Source of the DNA: an uncultured Bacilli bacterium
GTDB taxonomy: Bacteria > Bacillota_I > Bacilli_A > RFN20 > CAG-826
Length of the DNA stretch: 64,000 bases
Assembly (NCBI GenBank): GCA_944358895.1
Contig: CALVSB010000004.1
Span: 21,236-85,235, forward strand
Direction: 5' to 3'
Position 1 is the stretch's first letter. Each line of letters opens with the position of its first letter. Positions 33,538 through 43,955 of the stretch are shown piece after piece. The notes beneath the pieces were generated by a model. That model had not been told where the DNA came from, did not search any database, and saw nothing but the letters and a program-made list of their open reading frames with translations. A program made the position numbers and the translations under genes.

Positions 33538-34320
33538 TTAGTGCCGGAAGGGCATTCCGAGGTGGGTGAGGAGCGAAAGGGCTTCCTCATCCTTCTTGGC
33601 CGTCGTCACGATGACGATGTCCATGCCGCGGATCTTGCCGATCTTGTCGTAGTCGATTTCCGGGAAGATGAGCTGTTCCTTCACGCCGAGGGTGTAGTTC
33701 CCGTGGCCGTCGAAGGCATTGCGGGAAACGCCGCGGAAGTCGCGGACCCGGGGAAGAGCGATGGAGACGAGCTTATCGTAGAACTCGTACATCCGCTTGC
33801 CGCGGAGGGTGACCTTGCAGCCGATGGCTTGCCCCTCGCGGAGCTTGAAGGTCGCGATGGACTTCTTGGCGTGGGTGACGACCGGCTTCTGCCCCGCGAT
33901 GAGGGTGAGGTCGGCCACGCTATCTTCGAGGGCCTTGGCGTTCTGGGTGGCGTCGCCAACGCCGATGTTGATGACGATCTTGACGAGCTTGGGCGCCTCC
34001 ATCGGCGTCTTGTAGCCAAACTCCTTCATGAGTTCCGGGACGATTTCTTCCCGGTACTTCTTCTCGACGCGGTTGAGCTCGCTTCCGACGACCTTCTTGG
34101 CCTTCGGGGCTTCCGCCGCTTCGACTTTCTTCGCCGGGGCCTTCTTGGCCGGGGCTTTCTTAGCGCCTTCGGCCTTCGGGGCAGCGGCTTTCTTCGCCGG
34201 AGCCTTCTTGGCCGGGGCTTTCTTCGCGCCTTCAGCCTTCGGGGCAGCGGCTTTCTTCGCCGGAGCCTTCTTGGCCGGGGCCTTCTTGGAGGCCTCTAGG
34301 ACTTTCTTTTCTTCAGCCAT
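33538..34320 (-). CDS. rplE: 50S ribosomal protein L5 with Lys/Ala/Pro-rich N-terminal extension
   Basis: LPRVRDFRG and [10 protein letters not shown] core. Confidence 0.97.
   Translation of the reverse strand: MAEEKKVLEASKKAPAKKAPAKKAAAPKAEGAKKAPAKKAPAKKAAAPKAEGAKKAPAKKAPAKKVEAAEAPKAKKVVGSELNRVEKKYREEIVPELMKEFGYKTPMEAPKLVKIVINIGVGDATQNAKALEDSVADLTLIAGQKPVVTHAKKSIATFKLREGQAIGCKVTLRGKRMYEFYDKLVSIALPRVRDFRGVSRNAFDGHGNYTLGVKEQLIFPEIDYDKIGKIRGMDIVIVTTAKKDEEALSLLTHLGMPFRH
34126..34287 (-). repeat. 63-bp coding tandem repeat (about 2.6 copies) in rplE
   Basis: Encodes [21 protein letters not shown] twice plus a partial third copy. Confidence 0.92.
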
Positions 34321-34331
34321 GGTTAGCCTCC

Positions 34332-34646
34332 TTACTTCTTGCCTTCAAGGGATTCGCCGGAAGCGCCGACGCGGATTTTCTTCCCGTCGACGATCTTGTG
34401 ATGGACCCTCGTGGCTTTCTTGGTCTTCGGATCGATGAGCGCGACTTTGCTCGCATCGAGCGGCACGTAGATGTCGAGGATGCTCCCCTCGGGAGTATTC
34501 TGGGTCGGCTTCTTGTGCTTCTTGTGGACGTTCACGCCTTCGACCACGACTTTGTTGAGTTTCGGGTAGACCCTTTGGACGATGCCGGTCTTGCCCTTGT
34601 CGTCGCCCGAGAGGACGATGACTTTGTCGCCGGTTTTGATGTTCAT
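34332..34646 (-). CDS. rplX: 50S ribosomal protein L24
   Basis: [20 protein letters not shown] motif. Confidence 0.97.
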   Translation of the reverse strand: MNIKTGDKVIVLSGDDKGKTGIVQRVYPKLNKVVVEGVNVHKKHKKPTQNTPEGSILDIYVPLDASKVALIDPKTKKATRVHHKIVDGKKIRVGASGESLEGKK

Positions 34647-34659
34647 TGCCTTGCTCCTC

Positions 34660-35028
34660 TCAGATGACTTCCATGGCGAGGGAGATGATCTTCATGTAGC
34701 CCTTGTCACGGAGTTCGCGGGCCACCGGTCCGAAGACACGGGTGCCGAGCGGGTTGCCGTCCTTGTCGATGAGGACGACGGCGTTGTCGTCGAAGCTGAT
34801 CGAGCTGCCGTCCTTGCGGATGATGGCGCGCTTGACGCGGACGATGACGCCGGTGACGACCTGGCCCTTCTTGATCTTGCCGTTCGGGATCGCGTCCTTC
34901 ACGGCGCAGGTGACCGTGTCGCCGAGGGTCGAGAATTTGCGACGGGCGCCGCCGTGCTGGCGGAAGACCCGGACGCTACGGGCGCCGGAATTGTCGGCGA
35001 CGACGAGATTCGTTTCGTTCTGGATCAT
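34660..35028 (-). CDS. rplN: 50S ribosomal protein L14
   Basis: VADNSGA and [13 protein letters not shown]. Confidence 0.98.
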   Translation of the reverse strand: MIQNETNLVVADNSGARSVRVFRQHGGARRKFSTLGDTVTCAVKDAIPNGKIKKGQVVTGVIVRVKRAIIRKDGSSISFDDNAVVLIDKDGNPLGTRVFGPVARELRDKGYMKIISLAMEVI

Positions 35029-35037
35029 ATCGTCCTC

Positions 35038-35397
35038 CTATTCCGCTTTCTTCTCTTCGGCCTCTTCCTTGTTGGAAGCGACTTCTTCAGAAGAGCCCTC
35101 GATGGCCTCGAGCTTCTCCTCGACGGTCGCGGCAGACTCGCTGCCGACGGCCTTCTTGTCGATGCTCACGAGGCGGTAGCGCTTCGTCTTGGAGATCGGG
35201 CGGCAAGCCATGATCGTGACGACGTCGCCGACCTTGGCCTCGCCCTTCTCGTCATGAGCGTGGTACTTCTTGGTGTAGCTGACCCGCTTCGCGTAAAGGG
35301 GGTCGTTCCGCTTGGTGGAGACGGTCACGGTGATCGTCTTCGCGGTCTTGGTCGAGGTGACCGTTCCCTGAACGGTCGTTCTCTGATTCCTTTCCAT
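35038..35397 (-). CDS. rpsQ: 30S ribosomal protein S17 with acidic tail
   Basis: KKYHAHDE and CRPISKTKR. Confidence 0.96.
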   Translation of the reverse strand: MERNQRTTVQGTVTSTKTAKTITVTVSTKRNDPLYAKRVSYTKKYHAHDEKGEAKVGDVVTIMACRPISKTKRYRLVSIDKKAVGSESAATVEEKLEAIEGSSEEVASNKEEAEEKKAE

Positions 35398-35407
35398 GAT
35401 CTTCTCC

Positions 35408-35611
35408 TTACTTGTGCGCGATCTGGAGTTCGCGCTCCCTCTTGACGGTGAGGAGCCGGGCGAGGTCCTTGCGGATGCTCGCGATTTCCTCGGGATGCTC
35501 GAGCTGGCCGACGGCCTTGGACCGGGTCAGTTCGAAGCGGCGTTGACGAAGGGAAGAAATCTTCTCGTCAAGCTCGGCCGCGGTAAGTTCCCGCACTTCC
35601 TTGATGTTCAT
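35408..35611 (-). CDS. rpmC: 50S ribosomal protein L29
   Basis: [22 protein letters not shown]. Confidence 0.95.
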   Translation of the reverse strand: MNIKEVRELTAAELDEKISSLRQRRFELTRSKAVGQLEHPEEIASIRKDLARLLTVKRERELQIAHK

Positions 35612-36174
35612 TACTTATCCCCCTTCTCGGCCGGGGCAGCCGCCTCTTCGGCGGCCGGCTCATTGCCGGTATCGGAGACGGTTTCGATGTGATCCTCGTT
35701 CTCAATGGCTTCGAGGGTCGAGGCGTGGGCCTCTTCCATCTTTTCCCGTTCTTCCTCGCTCAGGGCCTTGGTCCTGGCGATGATCTTGGTTTTGACCGGA
35801 AGCTTGTATCCGGCTTGGTGGAGTGCCTTGAGGGCGAGCTCCTCGCTGATGCCGCCGATCTCGAAGATGACGCGGCCTTCCTTGCAGACGGCCACCCAGC
35901 CTTCGGGCGAGCCCTTGCCGGAACCCATACGGACTTCGGCCGGCTTCTTCGTCTTCGCGAGATGCGGGAAGACGCGGATCCAGATCTTGCCAGCGCGGTC
36001 GGTGTAACGCGCGAGGACGATACGGGCGCTTTCGATCTGGCGGTCGGTGAGATAGGCTCCTTCGAGAGCCTGGAGCCCCCACTCCCCGAACTCGACGGTA
36101 TTGCCCTTGGTGGCAATGCCTTCGTAGCTGAGGCTATGCGGGCGGCGGTATTTAACGCGCTTTGGCTGTAGCAT
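35611..36174 (-). CDS. rplP: 50S ribosomal protein L16 with acidic tail
   Basis: [18 protein letters not shown]. Confidence 0.98.
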   Translation of the reverse strand: MLQPKRVKYRRPHSLSYEGIATKGNTVEFGEWGLQALEGAYLTDRQIESARIVLARYTDRAGKIWIRVFPHLAKTKKPAEVRMGSGKGSPEGWVAVCKEGRVIFEIGGISEELALKALHQAGYKLPVKTKIIARTKALSEEEREKMEEAHASTLEAIENEDHIETVSDTGNEPAAEEAAAPAEKGDK

Positions 36175-36895
36175 GGTTACCTCCTTCGCGACGCGAGTCG
36201 CGGCGATCGCGGCGGTCTTCCCTCCGTTCTTCGCTCACAAGCGAGGAAGCCTCGCTCTTGTTGGCGCTGCGGCAGATCCAGACCTTGACCCCGATCCGGC
36301 CATAGGCGGTATGGGCGCTTACGGCCGCGAAGTCGATGTCGGCCCTCAAGGTTTCGAGGGGGACGACGCCTTCCTTGTAGCCTTCGCGACGGGCGATTTC
36401 CGCGCCGCCGAGACGGCCCTGGCACTGGGTGCGGCAGCCGGCGGCACCGGCCTTGCGCATCCGCTGGATGGCTTTCTTCTGGGTCGAGCGGAAGGACTGG
36501 CGCTGCTCGAGCTGCTCAGCGATCCACTTGGCCACGAGAGTGGCGTCGAGGTCGACGTTCTTGACTTCCTCGACGTTGAGGGTGAGGTTGCCGGTCTTGA
36601 CGACCTTGGCAAGCTCGGTCCGAAGGGTCTTGAGGTTGGCCCCTTCCTGGCCGATGACGGCGCCCGGACGGCCGACGTGGAGGGTAACGATGACTTGGCT
36701 GCCCTTGTCGTTCTTGTTGCGGGCGATGTCAATATGCGAGAGCATCGCGTCCTTGAGCTTCGGTTCGAGGAAGCGACGGATGTCGATGTCTTCCTTGAGG
36801 AAGGAGGCGAAGTCCTTCTTGGAAGCGTACCAATTGGCTTCCCAGCCGCGGTTGATGCCGATGCGGAGGCCGACGGCGTTGACTTTCTGACCCAT
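36152..36895 (-). CDS. rpsC: 30S ribosomal protein S3
   Basis: MGQKVNAVGLRIG and GRLGGAEIAR. Confidence 0.98.
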   Translation of the reverse strand: MGQKVNAVGLRIGINRGWEANWYASKKDFASFLKEDIDIRRFLEPKLKDAMLSHIDIARNKNDKGSQVIVTLHVGRPGAVIGQEGANLKTLRTELAKVVKTGNLTLNVEEVKNVDLDATLVAKWIAEQLEQRQSFRSTQKKAIQRMRKAGAAGCRTQCQGRLGGAEIARREGYKEGVVPLETLRADIDFAAVSAHTAYGRIGVKVWICRSANKSEASSLVSEERREDRRDRRDSRREGGNHATAKAR

Positions 36896-36897
36896 GG

Positions 36898-37449
36898 TTA
36901 ATCCCTCTCCTTCACGGTGACGTAGATATTGCTCGTCCTCTTGACGAGGCCGGACGAAGAGCCTTTGGCGCGCGGCAGGTAGCGCTTCATCTTGATCCCG
37001 TCGGAGGCTTGGATCATGGCCACGTAGAGACGGGTGTAATCCATGCCGAAGTTGTTGGTCGCGTTGGCGGCCGCGCTCTTGATAAGCTTGGCAACCGGGG
37101 TCGCGGCGCTCTTGTTGACGCGGGCGAGCATCTTGAGGGCGTAATCGACGTCCTTGCCCCTCACGAGGTCAATGACGAGGCGAGCCTTGCGCGGGGTGAC
37201 CCGAACGTTGAGGCTCGAAGCGTGGGCTTCGGTGACGACCGGCTTGGCCGGCTCGGCCTTGACAGCCTTCTTGGTCTTCTTGGCCGCGGCCTTTTCGACC
37301 TTGGCCTCTTCCTTGACCTCAGCCTTCTCGGCCTTGGCCTTGGTGGTCTTCTTAGCAGCCTTCTTGGGGGCCTTTTCCTTGACGGTTTCTTCCTTGACGG
37401 TTTCTTCGGTCGCGGCCTTCTTGGTGGCTTTCTTCTTGGTTTCTGCCAT
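36898..37449 (-). CDS. rplV: 50S ribosomal protein L22 with Lys/Ala/Glu-rich N-terminal extension
   Basis: TPRKARLVIDLVRGK and PRAKG. Confidence 0.97.
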   Translation of the reverse strand: MAETKKKATKKAATEETVKEETVKEKAPKKAAKKTTKAKAEKAEVKEEAKVEKAAAKKTKKAVKAEPAKPVVTEAHASSLNVRVTPRKARLVIDLVRGKDVDYALKMLARVNKSAATPVAKLIKSAAANATNNFGMDYTRLYVAMIQASDGIKMKRYLPRAKGSSSGLVKRTSNIYVTVKERD

Positions 37450-37462
37450 TGCTTAGGCCTCC

Positions 37463-37765
37463 TTACTTCTTGGCGGCAGCGGCCTTGGCGGCTTGATCGC
37501 CGAGGTTATTGCCGTGGTGTCCCGGGAACGTACGGGTCGGGGCGAATTCGCCGAGCTTGTGGCCGACCATGTCCTCGGTCACGAAGACGGTGATGTGTTC
37601 CTTGCCGTTGTAGACGGCGAAGGTGTGCTCCACGAATTGGGGGTAGATGGTGCTGCGGCGCGACCAGGTCTTGATGATGTCTTTCTTGCCGGCTTTGTCG
37701 AGCGCCTCTACTTTGTTCAGGAGATACTGGTCCACGAACGGGCCTTTTTTGCTTGAACGAGACAT
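37463..37765 (-). CDS. rpsS: 30S ribosomal protein S19
   Basis: KTWSRRSTI and [13 protein letters not shown]. Confidence 0.98.
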   Translation of the reverse strand: MSRSSKKGPFVDQYLLNKVEALDKAGKKDIIKTWSRRSTIYPQFVEHTFAVYNGKEHITVFVTEDMVGHKLGEFAPTRTFPGHHGNNLGDQAAKAAAAKK

Positions 37766-37778
37766 GTCCTAATTCTCC

Positions 37779-38609
<831 letters not shown>

Positions 38610-38680
38610 TGTTTTACTCCTATAGCGGTCTCTTTCCTCTTATATATAGAGGAGGCGGTTTCCTGCCTTCCCTTCAGGGC

Positions 38681-39034
38681 CTATTCCTTGAAGAGATCGA
38701 CCGCGTTGCCCTCCTTGAGGGTAACGATGGCCTTTTTGTAGCCGCCGACGCGGCCTTTGTAACGGGAGCCACGGGATTTCTCCTTGGCGCTCACGTTGGA
38801 GACCTTGACGTCTTCCACCGCCACTTGGTAGAGGCGCTGGAAGCTGTCCTTGATCTCGCTCTTGTTGCTGGAGGCAGCAACCTTCACGGTGACCTTCCCG
38901 TCGTTCTGGAGAAGAGCCATGCTCTTTTCGGTGATGACCGGTTCGAGGATGACTTCGTAGTCGTGCGCCGTCGGGGCGGCATAGACCTTCTTGGTCTCGG
39001 CCGTCTTTTCGGTCTCTTTCTTTTCTTCAGCCAT
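38681..39034 (-). CDS. rplW: 50S ribosomal protein L23
   Basis: PVITEKS and YKKAIVTL. Confidence 0.96.
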   Translation of the reverse strand: MAEEKKETEKTAETKKVYAAPTAHDYEVILEPVITEKSMALLQNDGKVTVKVAASSNKSEIKDSFQRLYQVAVEDVKVSNVSAKEKSRGSRYKGRVGGYKKAIVTLKEGNAVDLFKE

Positions 39035-39675
39035 TATTCGAGGCCTCCTTGAAGTTTCTCGAGGGTGCCCTCGTCCATGAGGAGAGCATCGCTATTGAGG
39101 ACATCGCGGACCGAGACGTTCGAGTAGGCACGGATGCCGACTTTCGCGAGGTTGAGAGCCGCCTTGATGACCTTTTCGTCGCTCCCGTCGGTGACGTAGA
39201 GGACTTTCTTGCCGTCGAGCTTGAGGTTCTTGAGGATGGAAGCGAATTCCTTGCTCGAGATTTCCTTGAGCTCGATCTTGTCCACGATCACGAGGCCGTT
39301 ATTGACCTTCTGCGAGAGGACGGTGCGAAGGGCAAGGAGATGCGCCTTCTTGTTTTGGGAGAGCTTGTAGCTCTGGTTCCCATCGGGTCCGAAGACCGTG
39401 CCGCCGCCGACCCAGAGCGGGGAGCGGATCGAGCCAGCGCGGGCCCGGCCGGTGCCTTTCTGGCGCCAGGGCTTCTTGCCGCCGCCGCTGACTTCGTGGC
39501 GTTTCTTGGTCTTGGCCGTCGCCTGGCGGGCGTTGGCCTCTTCGGTGACCACGGCGTCGTGGACGCACTGGATGTTGGCGTCGACAACCCCGAAGACCGA
39601 GGCGGAGAGATCGACCGTGCCGGCCTTTTCGCCGGTCATCTTAAGGAGGTCGACCGACAATTTCTTCTCAGCCAT
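39034..39675 (-). CDS. rplD: 50S ribosomal protein L4
   Basis: KPWRQKGTGRARAGS. Confidence 0.98.
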   Translation of the reverse strand: MAEKKLSVDLLKMTGEKAGTVDLSASVFGVVDANIQCVHDAVVTEEANARQATAKTKKRHEVSGGGKKPWRQKGTGRARAGSIRSPLWVGGGTVFGPDGNQSYKLSQNKKAHLLALRTVLSQKVNNGLVIVDKIELKEISSKEFASILKNLKLDGKKVLYVTDGSDEKVIKAALNLAKVGIRAYSNVSVRDVLNSDALLMDEGTLEKLQGGLE

Positions 39676-39678
39676 TCC

Positions 39679-40410
39679 TTATTCTCCTTTCGGCTGCTCG
39701 GCAGGGGCTTCCTGCGCGGGCGCGGTTTCCTTGACCGGGGTCCGGTCGATGAGTTCCTTCACCTCAGGCTTCTTGAACTGGGTGAGGACGGCGGAGCGGA
39801 GCATCACGAGGCTCTTCTTGGGTCCCGGGACGCCGCCCTTGACGAGGATGTAGCCCTTTTCGGCATTGGACTCGATCACGGTGACGTTCAGGATCGTCGC
39901 GTGTTCGGGGCCCCAGTGGCCGGACATCGTCTTGCCCGGGATAACCCGGTTGTTGCAACGTCCGTTGTTGGCAAGAGAGCCGATCTGACGGTGGTAGCCG
40001 CTACCATGGGCCTTCGGGCCGATGTGGTTGCCGTACTTCTTGATGGTGCCGCTGTAGCCGTGGCCCTTGGTGGTACCGAGGACATCGACCACGTCGCCGG
40101 CCGCGAAGATCGAAGCATCGATCGTGTCGCCGACGTTCTTGGTTCCGTAGATTTCGTCGCCCTTCAGTTCGGCAAGGTGCCGCTTCGGAGTGACGCCGGC
40201 TTTCTTGAAGATGCCCTGCCGCGGCTTGTTGGCGAGGCGGAGCGGAAGTTCTTCATAGCCGATTTGGAGGGCTTCATAGCCGTCCTTTTCCTTCGTCTTC
40301 TTTTGAAGGACGACGTTCGGCAGGACTTCGATCACCGTGACGGGATACATCGTTCCGTCTTTGGCGAAGACTTCGGTCATGCCCATCTTTCTTCCGAGAA
40401 TGGATTTCAT
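39679..40410 (-). CDS. rplC: 50S ribosomal protein L3
   Basis: LGRKMGMT, DGYEALQIG, VKGGVPG. Confidence 0.97.
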   Translation of the reverse strand: MKSILGRKMGMTEVFAKDGTMYPVTVIEVLPNVVLQKKTKEKDGYEALQIGYEELPLRLANKPRQGIFKKAGVTPKRHLAELKGDEIYGTKNVGDTIDASIFAAGDVVDVLGTTKGHGYSGTIKKYGNHIGPKAHGSGYHRQIGSLANNGRCNNRVIPGKTMSGHWGPEHATILNVTVIESNAEKGYILVKGGVPGPKKSLVMLRSAVLTQFKKPEVKELIDRTPVKETAPAQEAPAEQPKGE

Positions 40411-40422
40411 CTAAGTCCCTCC

Positions 40423-40755
40423 TTACTTCTTGGCCTTGGCGGCCTTGGTGTCGACCTTGATGTCGACGCCATTGGGGAGATCCAACTTCCTGATAGCATC
40501 CACCGTTTCCTTCTTCGGATCGATGATGTCGAGAAGGCGCTTGTGGGTCCGGATCTCGAATTGTTCCCGGCTGTCCTTGTACTTGAAGGTAGCGCGGAGA
40601 ATCGTGTAGACCTGCTTCTCAGTGGGAAGCGGGATCGGGCCAACCACTTGGGCGCCCGTTTTCTTGGCCACTTCGACGATCTTCTCGACGGCCGTGTCGA
40701 GGATCTTGTGGTCGTAAGCTTGTAGCCTTATCCTCAAGGCTGGATTGTTCGCCAT
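40423..40755 (-). CDS. rpsJ: 30S ribosomal protein S10
   Basis: GPIPLPT and [14 protein letters not shown]. Confidence 0.98.
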   Translation of the reverse strand: MANNPALRIRLQAYDHKILDTAVEKIVEVAKKTGAQVVGPIPLPTEKQVYTILRATFKYKDSREQFEIRTHKRLLDIIDPKKETVDAIRKLDLPNGVDIKVDTKAAKAKK

Positions 40756-40784
40756 GTCTTTCCTCCTATGTGTTTCAACTTGGC

Positions 40785-40880
40785 TTCTGGAGTTAGCTCT
40801 CCGCGAGTTCCCCGACTAAGCCAAGGGGCTTCAACGCCTCTTAGCGTGTCGGCAACATCGCGAATCAACGCTAGCGCCAG
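40785..40880 (-). promoter_or_regulatory. S10 operon leader RNA
   Basis: GTTGCCGACAC...CTCGCGGAGA resembles the Bacilli rpsJ leader (GTTGCTGACAC...CTCACGGAGA). Confidence 0.65.
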
Positions 40881-40888
40881 CGTGCGAA

Positions 40889-40917
40889 AGTTTACCCTCG
40901 CGCGTAGGCGAAAACAA
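40889..40917 (-). promoter_or_regulatory. Promoter of the S10 operon
   Basis: TTGTTT-N17-TAAACT. Confidence 0.55.
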
Positions 40918-41040
40918 GCCAAAAATTAGAGAAGCCATCTCGATTTTTGGGTTTTTGGAAAAAGGTTGCGGTTTTATCGAGATTTTTTATTGGCGAAATC
41001 GTGAAATTCCCTAAAACTTTGTGCGTGGTGCACAATTTTA

Positions 41041-41742
41041 CTACTTCGGTTCCGGGCTTTTGGAGGGACCATCGATCGGGTGGTAGAGGTCCTTGAGTCC
41101 TAATTTCTTGGCGCGCTCGAGGCCGCCCGCGTACGAGAACTCGCATCCGCAATATAGCTGCTGGTAAAGGCCGTACTGGCGCTGGATCAGCTTTCCTTTG
41201 TCGATGCCGCCCCGCTTCTTGAAATCGCTATGGAGATATTTGACACTCGGGTAGTCCAAAGCCACCCTGGCAGCGATCCGGTTTATGACCTGGGACGGCT
41301 TGAACCGGCTAAGCGTCAATGTCGTCGTAACGTATTCGAAGCCCTTTTCGGAAGCGACTTCGAAGGCTCGGCGCAATCGTTTCTCGTAGCAGATTTGACA
41401 ACGCCTCCCGCCTTCTTTGTCGTCGGGAAAAGGCCGCAAATCAGCCATATAAGTCTCGTAATCGTAGTCGTCTAACAACAAGTCGACCTTATATCCCCGG
41501 TCTCTATGAAGATCGCCGAGAAGCGTGGCCAACTCCTTTTCCCTCCGCTCAAATTCGCTTCGGGGATAGATGTTCGAGTTGCTATAAAGAATCGTCACTT
41601 CGAAGTAAGGGACGAGCTCTTCCAACGGATGGCACGAGCAAGGGCCGCAGCAGGCGTGCAAAAGAAGACGGGGTTTCCGCCCGTTCAGGCGCTTGGCCTC
41701 GTCTTGGAATACTTTGTCGTAGTCGATATAGCGCTCAGCCAT
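41041..41742 (-). CDS. queH: Epoxyqueuosine reductase QueH
   Basis: LLLHACCGPCS, RCQICY, YQQLYCGCEFS; start ATG 41742 overlaps the queA end. Confidence 0.93.
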   Translation of the reverse strand: MAERYIDYDKVFQDEAKRLNGRKPRLLLHACCGPCSCHPLEELVPYFEVTILYSNSNIYPRSEFERREKELATLLGDLHRDRGYKVDLLLDDYDYETYMADLRPFPDDKEGGRRCQICYEKRLRRAFEVASEKGFEYVTTTLTLSRFKPSQVINRIAARVALDYPSVKYLHSDFKKRGGIDKGKLIQRQYGLYQQLYCGCEFSYAGGLERAKKLGLKDLYHPIDGPSKSPEPK

Positions 41743-42796
41743 CGATCTTGGCCTTCGAATAATCGTAATGGCCGTAAATGAACATGGCATCCCCAAAGGA
41801 GAAGAAACGATAACGGCTTTCGACCGCATGGCGGTAGCACTCAAGGGTGAATTCACGGCCCATGAAGGCCGAGACCAGCATGATGAGAGTGCTCTTCGGA
41901 AGGTGGAAGTTGGTAATCAAAGCATCGACGGCTTTGTACTCGTAACCCGGCGAGATGAAGATGTTGGTCGCTTCGTCGACCGGGACGAACGTCCCGTACT
42001 TGCTATAGACAGCTTCCAGCGTCCGGACGCAGGTCGTCCCGACGGCGACGATGCGCCTTCCTTCGGCCTTGGCCTTGTTGAGAGCGTCGGCCGCTTCCTT
42101 CCGGAGGTGGATCATCTCGCTATGCATGTGATGATCCTTGGTGTCCTTGACCTTGACCGGCCGGAAAGTGCCAAGGCCGATATCCAGCGTCAGGTCGACG
42201 ATCTCGATTCCTTTCTGAACAAGGCGGTCGAGAAGTTCTTCCGTAAAGTGAAAGCCAGCCGTCGGAGCCGCGGCCGAGCCCGGATGCTTGGCATAAACGG
42301 TCTGATACTCGCCGTTGCTCTCGCACTGCTTTTTGATATAAGGCGGAAGCGGCATCTCGCCGAGGCTTTCGAGAATCTCGAGGAAGATGCCCTGATAAAG
42401 GAAACGGACGTGTCGAATCCCTTCGTCGTATACCCCGGTGCAAACGGCCTTAAGACGGCCGTCTCCGAAAACGAGAACCGAACCGACGCGGACCGACTTG
42501 GCGTGGCCCACGAGGCACTCCCATTCATCGCCTCCGAGTTCCTTCAGAAGGAGGAGTTCAACCTTGCCTTGGCTTTCTTCCTTCGTCCCGATGAGCCGGG
42601 AAGGGAGAACCTTGGTGTCATTCCTGACAAGAACATCGCCCGCATGTAGGTAATCGTAGATATCGGCAAAGACCGCATCCTTGTAGGTTTGATGCTCGCG
42701 GTCAACGAGCATGAGTCGGCATTGATCGCGGACCTTGCTCGGGCTTTGAGCAATCAATTCTTCCGGCAAATCATAGTCAAATAATTCAATATCCAC
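41735..42796 (-). CDS. queA: SAM:tRNA ribosyltransferase-isomerase
   Basis: FDYDLPEELIAQ, PLPPYI, GSAAAPTAG, NFHLPKSTL, YRFFSFGDAM. Confidence 0.98.
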   Translation of the reverse strand: MDIELFDYDLPEELIAQSPSKVRDQCRLMLVDREHQTYKDAVFADIYDYLHAGDVLVRNDTKVLPSRLIGTKEESQGKVELLLLKELGGDEWECLVGHAKSVRVGSVLVFGDGRLKAVCTGVYDEGIRHVRFLYQGIFLEILESLGEMPLPPYIKKQCESNGEYQTVYAKHPGSAAAPTAGFHFTEELLDRLVQKGIEIVDLTLDIGLGTFRPVKVKDTKDHHMHSEMIHLRKEAADALNKAKAEGRRIVAVGTTCVRTLEAVYSKYGTFVPVDEATNIFISPGYEYKAVDALITNFHLPKSTLIMLVSAFMGREFTLECYRHAVESRYRFFSFGDAMFIYGHYDYSKAKIDG

Positions 42797-42798
42797 CG

Positions 42799-43923
42799 CT
42801 AAAACCCCCTTAAATCTCCGAATTTCGCCATCGTATCCTCGAAATAGGCAGCAAAGCGATCTTCGTTAATAGCCTTTCGCGCCCCCTCCATGATACGGAT
42901 GAGGAAACGGATATTGTGAATGGTATTCAGCCGTTTCCCGAGCTCTTCGCCAGTCACATACAAGTGATGGAGGTAAGCTCTCGTGAAGTGGGTGCAGCCA
43001 TAGCAGTCGCATCCTTCTTCGAGCGGAGTGAAATCATCTTTGTACTTGCTGTCGCGAATATTGATCCGCCCCGTCGAGGTCAGGAGGGCCCCATGGCGGG
43101 CCAAGCGGGTCGGAAGCACGCAATCGAACATATCGATCCCGCGGAGAGCGCCGCCCAACAAGTAGTCAATTGACCCAACGCCCATCAGATAGCGAGGCTT
43201 GTCGAAAGGAAGGTCCTTGACCGCGTATTCGATCATTCGGAAGCAGACATCCTTCGGTTCGCCGATCGAAGTTCCGCCAATCGAATACCCGTCGAAAGGA
43301 AGGGCCGCCAATTCTCGGGCGCACATTCTTCTCAGCTCTTCGTAGTCGCCCCCCTGTACGATACCGAACAGGGCCTGGTCTTCCCGCTTATGCGCGAGCA
43401 GGCCGCGCTTGGCCCAGCGGATGGTCCGCTCGGTCGACTTCTTGACATAATCGAAATCGGCCGGATAAGGAATGCATTCATCGAAACTCATCGCGATGTC
43501 GGGTCCGAGTTTTTCCTCGATGGCGATGACCTTCTCGGGCGTGAAGTCTTCCATGTTCCCGTTGTAATCGTTGCGGAAACGGACGCCGTTTTCGCTGATT
43601 TCGCGCTTGCTCGCCAAAGAAAAAACCTGGAAGCCCCCGCTATCGGTCAAAATGGGTCCGTCATAGCCCATGAATTTATGAAGGCCCCCGGCCCTCGCGA
43701 CGATGTCTTCGCCCGGGCGCAGATGGAGGTGATAGGAATTGCTCAAAATAACGCCGGAACCAAGGGCCTTGATTTCCTCTGGATCAAGGCATTTGACGGT
43801 CGCGAGTGTCCCAACCGGCATGAACATCGGGGTTAGCACATCCCCGTGCCGGGTGTGAAGAATTCCGGTGCGGGCCCCGGAAGGATCGACATGCGTGATT
43901 TCTAAGCGAAAGTTCTTATCCAT
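42799..43923 (-). CDS. tgt: tRNA-guanine transglycosylase
   Basis: TPMFMPVGT, TDSGGFQVFSL, DMFDCVLPTR, CxCxxC. Confidence 0.98.
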   Translation of the reverse strand: MDKNFRLEITHVDPSGARTGILHTRHGDVLTPMFMPVGTLATVKCLDPEEIKALGSGVILSNSYHLHLRPGEDIVARAGGLHKFMGYDGPILTDSGGFQVFSLASKREISENGVRFRNDYNGNMEDFTPEKVIAIEEKLGPDIAMSFDECIPYPADFDYVKKSTERTIRWAKRGLLAHKREDQALFGIVQGGDYEELRRMCARELAALPFDGYSIGGTSIGEPKDVCFRMIEYAVKDLPFDKPRYLMGVGSIDYLLGGALRGIDMFDCVLPTRLARHGALLTSTGRINIRDSKYKDDFTPLEEGCDCYGCTHFTRAYLHHLYVTGEELGKRLNTIHNIRFLIRIMEGARKAINEDRFAAYFEDTMAKFGDLRGF

Positions 43924-43955
43924 AGCCCGCCTATTCTAGACGAGATAAGTCACCT

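Noticed and set aside
34126-34287. Direct repeats considered as a CRISPR array
   Set aside because: In-frame 63-bp coding repeat with no unique spacers and no cas genes
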